Assembly: GCA_048128005.1 (NCBI GenBank)
Contig: JBEUKZ010000046.1
Coordinates: 186,001 to 237,193, forward strand
Direction of reading: 5' to 3'
From: Veleropilina oligotropha
Lineage: Eukaryota
Length of the DNA: 51,193 nucleotides
The notes beneath the pieces were generated by a model that was not told the DNA's origin, made no database searches, and worked only from the letters and a program-made list of their open reading frames with translations. Both the position numbers and the translations under genes were made by a program. Below, in pieces: positions 12,236 to 20,526 of this stretch (position 1 is its first letter; each line of letters opens with the position of its first letter).

Positions 12236-14167
12236 GAATAACCTTGGATAGGTGGGTAAGACGTTCCTTACAACAAACCCAAACAAGATAATGACTTACT
12301 TTTCACCAATTCGATCAGCATGAAGCGTCGAGTGTGTCCGCCTAGAGTGGAATTTTTACTGAGTATTATATTCTACTCTTACCAGGCGAGAATTTCGACC
12401 AGTGTTACCGGGAGAATACGCCGTGGTGTTAGTCGGACGAGGTGAACGGAAGTGCAATCAGCCCCTGGCACGGCCGGAAGGATAAATCCCTGTAGGTCTT
12501 ACGTGTCATGGACCAGTGGCAGCCAAATGGGTCTCCGGGCCTATAGGCCGGTAGCCAGAGGATGCAGTCGGATTTGTAAGCACACGGAACCTAACAGGTT
12601 GTGAAAGCTTTAAAATCAAAAGCAAAGAATTAATAGATTATATAATAATCGATATTAATAAGTAGTTCGTATGACCAACTTGCGAACGCTAACATGGACG
12701 ACATGTCACTTAAAATAAATTTTAAGGAAGCAAAAATGTTCGACATGTTACTTAAAAATAAATGTTAAGGAATCAACATTTTAAATGTATTGAACATCGT
12801 ATGTTCGATTACAGCAAAGAACATAATAATATTGAACCCTAATCTTTTTAAGATTTGTGCAAAATTATCAAAGTTGTTTTATTAAATTCAATGTGATCTG
12901 GCTTATGTCAACACTCAGTCTGACATGAGAAGTACAAAATGAGGTTTTAATGTAAACCTAATATTAGTATAAAACATACTTACGTCCTTACTCTTGCCAT
13001 AATAGTATATTATCGCCCAAACCGGAAATGGTGAATATGTCCCATAATGCACCGTTATAAGCCAAAAAAAGCACACGGTTACCTCCCCTGCTCCTACCCC
13101 CCACGTTCCCTAGCGAGACTTCGCCAAGTCTCGTGAGACTTCTGAACAATAGAAGTCACATGACATCAATTCAAAGTTCAAAAACCACAAAGGAACGTAG
13201 TAGAGGGGAGGAATGCGAAACGCAGGGTGGGTAATCGTGTAAGGACGTAAGTATGTTTTATACTAATATTAGGTTTACATTAAAACCTCATATATAGTTA
13301 CAAACATACTTACGTCCTTACTCTTGCCAGAATAACCTTGGATAGGTGGGTAAGACGTTCCTTACAACAAACCCAAACAAGATAATGACTTACTTTTCAC
13401 CAATTCGATCAGCATGAAGCGTCGAGTGTGTCCGCCTAGAGTGGAATTTTTACTGAGTATTATATTCTACTCTTACCAGGCGAGAATTTCGACCAGTGTT
13501 ACCGGGAGGATACGCCGTGGTGTTAGTCGGACGAGGTGAACGGAAGTGCAATCAGCCCCTGGCACGGCCGGAAGGATAAATCCCTGTAGGTCTTACGTGT
13601 CATGGACCAGTGGCAGCCAAATGGGACTCCGGGCCTATAGGCCGGTAGCCAGAGGATGCAGTCGGATTTGTAAGCACACGGAACCTAACAGGTTGTGAAA
13701 GCTTTAAAATCAAAAGCAAAGAATTAATAGATTATATAATAATCGATATTAATAAGTAGTTCGCATGACCAACTTGCGAACGCTAACATGGACGACATGT
13801 CACTTAAAATAAATTTTAAGGAAGCAAAAATGTTCGACATGTTACTTAAAAATAAATGTTAAGGAATCAACATTTTAAATGTATTGAACATCGTATGTTC
13901 GATTACAGCAAAGAACATAATAATATTGAACCCTAATCTTTTTAAGATTTGTGCAAAATTATCAAAGTTGTTTTATTAAATTCAATGTGATCTGGCTTAT
14001 GTCAACACTCAGTCTGACATGAGAAGTACAAAATCTTAAATTAGATTTAAGAAATGAACAGACATTGAACTGCCCCATAGGTGTTAATTACATAGCACCG
14101 TTTGGCCAACGAAAATAAAATGGCGTCAGTAAATATGCAAATGATCAATCAGAGAACAATAGGCTAC

Positions 14168-17125
14168 TTACTGATTAGAAGACCTCGGTCTAACAATAAC
14201 CCGTTGAGCAGCAACACAGTGCAAACTGCTTAGGCCATCAGCCCCGGTTGAGTAGTCGCGCAGATAATGTTTGACAAACACGTTAGCGTTTTTCCAATAT
14301 CCGGCCTGTAGTAACGCATTGATATTTAGATTATGGCGGAAGGCTACAGACGCTGCAATGGCCCGGACCTCATGTGCGCGGACCGATAAAATAGTTCGGT
14401 CGTCGTCATCACAACGGATGTAAACATCTCTCACAGTTTGTGAAATCCACCGCGAAACAGTAGTCCTCGTAATGTCGCGGGTGTAGGTGGGCAAATACGA
14501 TATGAATAAACGTAATTTTCCCTGTCGCAACTCACGGGTTCTGTCTAGGTAGAATCGAAGCGCCCGGACCGGGCAATTGAAGCGGTCTGCGTCGCGCCTT
14601 CCGACTAGCGTTAGCTTGGGAATAACAACCTCGGGTGCGTCCTCGTTCGGCCGCTGGTTCTTGGCTAAGAAGCCCAGAATGGGACGCAATATCACCGACC
14701 CGTCTGACTGGAATCGTATGTCTCTTAGCTCGGAGGAGAAAGCATGAATCTCGGAACAACGCCTGCCCGACGCTAAGGCGATCAGAAAAACTGTTTTGTG
14801 CGTCAAGTTCCTCATGGTTATCTCGGACATCGGCTCATACGGTGGTAAGAGTAATGCGTTAAGAATAAGTACGATATTCCAAGCAGGTGGCTTAATTCTT
14901 CGGGTCGGTATCTCGAGTTCATAAGATCGTATAAAATCTGATATCGTTCGGTCGCTTGATAGGCCAGCATGGGCACGACACTGCTTTAGCGTGGTCGCGA
15001 TCGTTGCCCGATAACCTTTGACGGCGGACACTGACATACCGCGGTCGAAGAGCGACGATAAAAACTCGATAAACTTGTTCACAGGGGGACGGAGTATATT
15101 GATCTGCCTGCTGTGACACCAATCCACGTACTTAACCCATCGGTAGTCATAGACTTTTGTAGTGGAAATCCTTCTCGATCGATAGATACGTAAGGCTGTA
15201 GCTTTAGAAAATCCTTTCTTAGCAAGGGATCGTTCGATAACCGCCAGGCGTGTAAACGTAAGTGGTTCGGCGACTCGTGGAGTACACGGGTGCGTGGTTG
15301 CATTAACAGGTCTAGTTTCTGCGGTAACGCTAACGGTCGATCGACGATCAGATCGAGGAGGGTCGGAAACCAAGGTTGCGTGCGATAAAGGGGCGCTATT
15401 AGCGTTATCTCGCAACGTTCGGTCGCTGCCTTCTGTAATACCAGTGATAGAATGCACGTCGGGGGGAAGGCATACGCGGACAGATTCTCCCATGTCATTG
15501 ACATTGCGTCGACCGCCAGGGCGGCCGGGTCTGGGTACGGGGAGACATACAGAGGTAGTCGGTAATTGAATTCTGTTGCAAACAAGTCGACTTGGGGTTG
15601 CGACCACCGGCGGCAAACATCCCGAGCTACTCGGCTGTGTAGCGTCCATTCTGTGTGTATAATCTGTGATCTCCGAGAGAGCGAATCCGCTCTGACATTC
15701 AGCTTTCCCGGGATGTGTCGGGCTCGAATCGTCGAGTTGAGGGACATCACTAAGCGGTGTAGGTCTATTGCTCGGTCGCATAGGGGACGCGAGCGTGTAC
15801 CGCCCTGGTGCTGTATGTAAGCGACGACAGTCGTGTTGTCCGTGGCGAGCATTATATGCTTGTTGCGGAGATGTGACGAGAGGGACCGTACTGACAGGAA
15901 GACGGCTTCTAACTCTAGGAAGTTGATATGTCGTCCCTGAAGGTCTGTCGGCCATAGGCCTGATGTCTCGTAACTGTCGAGGTGACCACCCCAGCCGTCG
16001 TTCGAAGCGTCTGTGAACAGGTAAGCGTTCGGCTCTGGTGGGGATATAGGAACCGACTGGTCCGGCAAAGCGGGGTTCAACCACACTGCTGTCGTGTCGG
16101 TAAACCAATGCCGTAGATCGATGCGATCCTTCCACTGCCCCGTCCGTTGTATCCAGCGATCCCTGAAAGCCTGTTGTAACGGTCTTTTGTCCATGCGACC
16201 CGTCGGTAGCAGGGGCGCTACCGACTCGATGTGCCCCAGGACAGTGGCCAGTTGTCGCGCCGTAGTTATGTCCGATGACAGGGTGTCTTGGATAACCGCG
16301 CGTAGGTTCCGCATACGCTTCTGGGTCGGCTTCGCGGTGTACCGGACCGTATCGAAGTCGACTCCGAGGAACGTAAACGTCGTCGAGGGCACGAAGCAGG
16401 ATTTTGTCTCGTTGATCTGAAATCCCAGGCGCTTCGTCGATGACAGGGTAAAGCTCGTAGACCGGAGGCACAGATCTCGGGACGCCCCGAGGATCAGCCA
16501 GTCGTCGAGGTACATATGTACCCTGTGCCCTAGAGAGTGTAGGAAGGCCCCCAGGGCCTGTACTGTTCTCGTGAAGACGTACGGGGCTGACGATAGACCG
16601 AACGGTAGGCACCTGAATTGGTAGATCGTCTCCCCGTGTATAAACCGAAGGTACTGATGAGCCGTGATATGCATCGGGACATGCAGATACGCGTCGGCGA
16701 GATCGATAGACGCTGCCCAGTCGCCCGGACGGATGGCCGCTCGAATCTTCGAGAGGGTTTCTTGCTGGAATTTCTCGGTACGAAGATATAGGTTTAGGTA
16801 CGAGAGATCGAGGATCGGTCTCCAGCGGCCATCGGGTTTCGGGACCAGGAAGAAATGGCTGTAAAATCCTGGTGTGCTGGGCGGCGCGGGATATATCGCT
16901 CTTTTTAGGAGCAAATCCCGCACTGCCTGGTCTAAGACCGCTTGTTTCTCTCCGTTTAGGAGGCGAGCGTGTCTTGTTGGTGGTGCCTCGGTTAGGGTCG
17001 GATGCCGGTTGAATGCCAACTTGTATCCGGCACTCACGACTAAGTGGACCCAGTTGCTGTCTGTCAGCTCTAGCCAGGGCTGGCTGTGTGCTAACAGGCA
17101 CGCTCCCACCGGCGGGAGCGGGCAA
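14168..17125 (-). CDS. DIRS tyrosine recombinase ORF, copy B (YR domain in the C-terminal ~350 aa; frame open back to the gag stop)
   Basis: Catalytic motifs ASGRRCSEI (R), LAKNQ (K), AHEVR (HxxR), GYWK (W), FVKHYL (Y); true start unknown. Confidence 0.92.
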   Translation of the reverse strand: MPAPAGGSVPVSTQPALARADRQQLGPLSRECRIQVGIQPASDPNRGTTNKTRSPPKRRETSGLRPGSAGFAPKKSDISRAAQHTRILQPFLPGPETRWPLETDPRSLVPKPISSYREIPARNPLEDSSGHPSGRLGSVYRSRRRVSACPDAYHGSSVPSVYTRGDDLPIQVPTVRSIVSPVRLHENSTGPGGLPTLSRAQGTYVPRRLADPRGVPRSVPPVYELYPVIDEAPGISDQRDKILLRALDDVYVPRSRLRYGPVHREADPEAYAEPTRGYPRHPVIGHNYGATTGHCPGAHRVGSAPATDGSHGQKTVTTGFQGSLDTTDGAVEGSHRSTALVYRHDSSVVEPRFAGPVGSYIPTRAERLPVHRRFERRLGWSPRQLRDIRPMADRPSGTTYQLPRVRSRLPVSTVPLVTSPQQAYNARHGQHDCRRLHTAPGRYTLASPMRPSNRPTPLSDVPQLDDSSPTHPGKAECQSGFALSEITDYTHRMDATQPSSSGCLPPVVATPSRLVCNRIQLPTTSVCLPVPRPGRPGGRRNVNDMGESVRVCLPPDVHSITGITEGSDRTLRDNANSAPLSHATLVSDPPRSDRRSTVSVTAETRPVNATTHPCTPRVAEPLTFTRLAVIERSLAKKGFSKATALRIYRSRRISTTKVYDYRWVKYVDWCHSRQINILRPPVNKFIEFLSSLFDRGMSVSAVKGYRATIATTLKQCRAHAGLSSDRTISDFIRSYELEIPTRRIKPPAWNIVLILNALLLPPYEPMSEITMRNLTHKTVFLIALASGRRCSEIHAFSSELRDIRFQSDGSVILRPILGFLAKNQRPNEDAPEVVIPKLTLVGRRDADRFNCPVRALRFYLDRTRELRQGKLRLFISYLPTYTRDITRTTVSRWISQTVRDVYIRCDDDDRTILSVRAHEVRAIAASVAFRHNLNINALLQAGYWKNANVFVKHYLRDYSTGADGLSSLHCVAAQRVIVRPRSSNQ
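15079..17109 (-). CDS. DIRS reverse transcriptase-RNase H-adenine methyltransferase-like ORF, copy B
   Basis: FLVPKPDG, WRPILDL, IDLADAY, LPFGL, YLDD; RNase H FTDAS/HINFLELEA/TDN/RADSLSR; MT-like DLFAT and YAFPP. No ATG precedes the RT motifs. Confidence 0.95.
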   Translation of the reverse strand: MGACLLAHSQPWLELTDSNWVHLVVSAGYKLAFNRHPTLTEAPPTRHARLLNGEKQAVLDQAVRDLLLKRAIYPAPPSTPGFYSHFFLVPKPDGRWRPILDLSYLNLYLRTEKFQQETLSKIRAAIRPGDWAASIDLADAYLHVPMHITAHQYLRFIHGETIYQFRCLPFGLSSAPYVFTRTVQALGAFLHSLGHRVHMYLDDWLILGASRDLCLRSTSFTLSSTKRLGFQINETKSCFVPSTTFTFLGVDFDTVRYTAKPTQKRMRNLRAVIQDTLSSDITTARQLATVLGHIESVAPLLPTGRMDKRPLQQAFRDRWIQRTGQWKDRIDLRHWFTDTTAVWLNPALPDQSVPISPPEPNAYLFTDASNDGWGGHLDSYETSGLWPTDLQGRHINFLELEAVFLSVRSLSSHLRNKHIMLATDNTTVVAYIQHQGGTRSRPLCDRAIDLHRLVMSLNSTIRARHIPGKLNVRADSLSRRSQIIHTEWTLHSRVARDVCRRWSQPQVDLFATEFNYRLPLYVSPYPDPAALAVDAMSMTWENLSAYAFPPTCILSLVLQKAATERCEITLIAPLYRTQPWFPTLLDLIVDRPLALPQKLDLLMQPRTRVLHESPNHLRLHAWRLSNDPLLRKDFLKLQPYVSIDREGFPLQKSMTTDGLSTWIGVTAGRSIYSVPL

Positions 17126-17152
17126 CTGGGGCCGTCGCGAATGCCGGCAGCC

Positions 17153-19396
17153 CTAGGGCCGAGGCTTCCCTATCCCGCTCTGCTTGCGGGATTTTGCTGG
17201 AGGTGCTCGCCTCTTTGGAGTGGGTTTATTGGCCGGAGGCCTACCACCCGAAGAGGGCTTCGCACGCTTAGAAGGCTTCGGGGCCGGGGTGGGCCCGGAG
17301 CGCTTCTTCGAGTTGGCAGGTGGACCCCGGGTGGGGAGCAGTACTGCCTTCTCGATGGCACGGTCCTTAATGTCCGCCGCTCTCTTGTCAACAAACTCCG
17401 TGAAGTTGTCACCAAAGAGAGTGGTGGCCGAGCAAGGTACGCATCGCAACGAGCGCCGGGTGGGCTCGTCCAGCGAGGTACCTTCCAGGCAAGCATCCCT
17501 ACGAAGTAGGAGGGCATTGCCCAGGACACGTCCCGTCTCCAACGCGCTGGTCTCCTGCGTGGCAGCAACCTCCTGGAGGAAGGACAGGGCAGCCTCGGTG
17601 GCGCCGGGTCCATTCTCCTGTAATACGGCTATCGCACCGTCTAGGAAAAAATCCTGAACGGACGATAGCCGCAGAGCCCGTCGGGCGGAGCTCTCGAAAG
17701 CTTCCAAGGCGGACCAAGGAACTTTCGCTACGGAGGGAGGGTGACTGGCGGTCAGTCGACGCAACGAAGCGTCAACACGAGCCGGCTCAGTCGCCAGGCA
17801 CGGGCCAGTGCATTCGAACGGGATCGCTCGAGTACTGGCCCGGAGGTACCTCCCACTACGGAACCCCGAAGGGAACTCGTTCAGCGGGGAGGACTCCACC
17901 GGATTGCGCCCCTGAACGAGCTTGGTGATCGAGTCTACAACAAGATCCACCAGCCCGGACTGAGGTAAGGAGGGGAGCTCGGGGGCTTCCCTCGCAACAA
18001 ACCGATGTGCTGCCGTCCTATGCTTGGCTACGTCTACAGCCGACCGAGTCGGTTCCGACAAGCCAAGCACCCCGCGAAGTGACGCAACAGCGTCGAGCCT
18101 TCGGCGGGTGGAGGAGGTCGGCTCCTGCGTGCCTGTAAGACTAATGTCTTCGGACCCGACCGATTCAGGGAGGTCGGAGTGATTTGAACAGAGATCCTCG
18201 TTGGAACGAGGGTCGATGTCTATCACTGAGGCAGGAGCCGTGCTCTGCGCCATGGGCAGAAGTGTAGGTACCAGGTGCGGCTCGGGAGCCGTCGGCCAGG
18301 CCTTACACCGTTCCTCGATCCCCGCCGCGATCCATGCCTGGACGTTCTCAAAAGAGAAACCCGGAGGCAGGACGGGCGACGAACTAACAGCCGGTAGTTC
18401 TGTCGAGGTAACCGTGGCGCTAGGTAGACGGGCTGCATTGACAGGTCGAACCGAGGACCAGGGTCCACGGGCACTTGTCGAGGGGTCGAACCCGAAGGAC
18501 TGGCCCGGAGGCGCAGTCAGTGGGCCGGACGACCGATAGGACTGCGGCAACAGTTCTGATCGGTCTACCACTCTGTTCGAGCGAGGCACGGACGGAAAAC
18601 CGCCGTAGAACCCCGTCCCGAACGCAGCCGGTCTGTCCACGTTCTCTAGCGTGACCACGGTGGGTGCACGGGAGAGACCGGGCCCTCTGAATGTCTCGTG
18701 AGCTTCGAGGTTGAGCGGAAAACCCCTAGGGGAAGTCGCATCGTTCTCGACCGAGGATTCAGGTTTCGCCGATTGTCCGAGTCTTAGACCTACAAGTAGG
18801 TGCCCGGCCTCTTTAAAGGCTTTCTCTGCATTGGGTCTGTCACCGTAGGAAGACGGTGAGTTTCCCGCAGAAGGACTAACTGTCCCCTTATTCTTCGAGG
18901 CCGAAGAAAAGGATGGGGATAGTCTGCCCTGTTCAGCTGTTCGCTGCGCTGTCATGTATACCTTGCTAGCCGGCAAGGTATGGCTGACTGCAGTTACTAG
19001 GCCCAGTTGTGGAGGAACGGTCGACACTCGGGTCTTTACCTGAATCTGGGGTACCGGCAAGGTTTCGGTGACTCTCCCAAGAGTCGCGGAGGTTTCGCCG
19101 GTGGATCCGGCGACAGACGTCTGTCGGCTGTCGTCCAGCGTCCCTGAAGCAGACAAAGAAGAAACGTTAGGTAACTTACCGGTCTCTTCATGACCCTTCT
19201 CCACGGGAGGACCCACCGTGGCAGTCGCCCTGGTCGACTTACCGTGGTGAGACAGGGTTGCCCACTGCTTATCTGATAGAAGAAAGCACAGATCACATTG
19301 ATGATGTATACTACAGCTACGGTGTTTACAACATTCCTTGTGCCTATCAAATGCGTGAATTTTCTGGTTACACCCGGAGCTACTGCACCGGACCAT
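17153..19396 (-). CDS. DIRS Gag-like ORF1, copy B
   Basis: First ATG at 19396 gives MVRCSSSGCNQK..HKECCKHRSC..CDLC (Cys/His finger); LLRRD motif and basic C-terminus; position upstream of RT. Confidence 0.85.
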   Translation of the reverse strand: MVRCSSSGCNQKIHAFDRHKECCKHRSCSIHHQCDLCFLLSDKQWATLSHHGKSTRATATVGPPVEKGHEETGKLPNVSSLSASGTLDDSRQTSVAGSTGETSATLGRVTETLPVPQIQVKTRVSTVPPQLGLVTAVSHTLPASKVYMTAQRTAEQGRLSPSFSSASKNKGTVSPSAGNSPSSYGDRPNAEKAFKEAGHLLVGLRLGQSAKPESSVENDATSPRGFPLNLEAHETFRGPGLSRAPTVVTLENVDRPAAFGTGFYGGFPSVPRSNRVVDRSELLPQSYRSSGPLTAPPGQSFGFDPSTSARGPWSSVRPVNAARLPSATVTSTELPAVSSSPVLPPGFSFENVQAWIAAGIEERCKAWPTAPEPHLVPTLLPMAQSTAPASVIDIDPRSNEDLCSNHSDLPESVGSEDISLTGTQEPTSSTRRRLDAVASLRGVLGLSEPTRSAVDVAKHRTAAHRFVAREAPELPSLPQSGLVDLVVDSITKLVQGRNPVESSPLNEFPSGFRSGRYLRASTRAIPFECTGPCLATEPARVDASLRRLTASHPPSVAKVPWSALEAFESSARRALRLSSVQDFFLDGAIAVLQENGPGATEAALSFLQEVAATQETSALETGRVLGNALLLRRDACLEGTSLDEPTRRSLRCVPCSATTLFGDNFTEFVDKRAADIKDRAIEKAVLLPTRGPPANSKKRSGPTPAPKPSKRAKPSSGGRPPANKPTPKRRAPPAKSRKQSGIGKPRP

Positions 19397-20526
19397 AGCT
19401 AAATACACGGGAGGGTGGACGTGGGTAGACGGGGTAGATAAATAGGTATATATATGGTAGTTGAGACTTCTTTCCTTGGAGGGAGTACTACGACAACTCA
19501 CAGAATTGTCCTGATCTGAAGATTAGAGATCAAGCGATATACCGTTATTAGAACCCCGAACTGGGAACACCGAGGTCGGGTATTTTACCCGACCGACCCG
19601 GTAACCCGGCAAATTGACTAAAACAAAGGGGGGTTCTTTCCTCGAAAAAACCCGCCCAGAAAAACACCTGAAAACCTCGTGGATGTTTTAAGTTAGTACA
19701 ATGGCGTATTATCCCAGCAACGGCAGGATATCAGAAAATTAACGCAAGCTTAATATCAAAAGATCCTGCCTTTTAACAACGCTAGAAAATTTTATATATA
19801 TAATAAATAACCAGCAAATAGCGTTGTTAAGGAATTATCCAATGTAATGAGTTACCTGTTTTGCAGTCTCAAACAATATCAGATAATTATACAGACCAGA
19901 AATTTCAGCTACCACTCGAAACTTTCCCTCTAAGCGGCCATCTTTAATGGCCACTGGCGTCCTTGACGACGATGTCTGTTTCCTTTGATGTCCAGAACTT
20001 CCTCGAAGTTTTGAGAATCACTCTTCTTATATTCACATGTGTTTTATATCCACAACACTGTTATATTCCACTACTTATATACTATATAAGTAGAAACTGC
20101 GCCCTGATTTAACGTGAAATCGGGCGCCTATATCGAAATATTTGCGGAGCAAAAACAACGTCTTTCCGCGGCAGCGGAAAACTTTGAATTGATGTCATGT
20201 GACTTCTATTGTTCAGAAGTCTCACGAGACTTGGCGAAGTCTCGCTAGGGAACGTGGGGGGTAGGAGCAGGGGAGGTAACCGTGTGCTTTTTTTGGCTTA
20301 TAACGGTGCATTATGGGACATATTCACCATTTCCGGTTTGGGCGATAATATACTATTATGGCAAGAGTAAGGACGTAAGTATGTTTGTAACTATATATCT
20401 TAAATTAGATTTAAGAAATGAACAGACATTGAACTGCCCCATAGGTGTTAATTACATAGCACCGTTTGGCCAACGAAAATAAAATGGCGTCAGTAAATAT
20501 GCAAATGAGCAATCAGAGAACAATAC

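Larger units (their letters stand above)
12939..20398 (-). mobile_element. DIRS1-type YR retrotransposon, copy B (inner, full length 7460 bp)
   Basis: ITRs 12939-13178 and 20180-20398 (private A7/T7 run); ICR 13239-13329; inserted at gtacaaaAT|cttaaa of copy A. Confidence 0.95.

Noticed and set aside
13600..13660. Twister- or HDV-like ribozyme in the DIRS 3' region (ccggcctataggcccgga; cacctcgtcc)
   Set aside because: Only partial resemblance; I could not build the required pseudoknots or conserved cores.
14532..19350. Many short + strand and alternate-frame ORFs within the DIRS copies
   Set aside because: Shadows of GC-rich coding sequence with no recognisable motifs; they recur only because the copies are nearly identical.
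19397..19501. GTG-initiated N-terminal extension of Gag
   Set aside because: Product of non-ATG start calling; the ATG at 19396 directly precedes the Cys/His finger.
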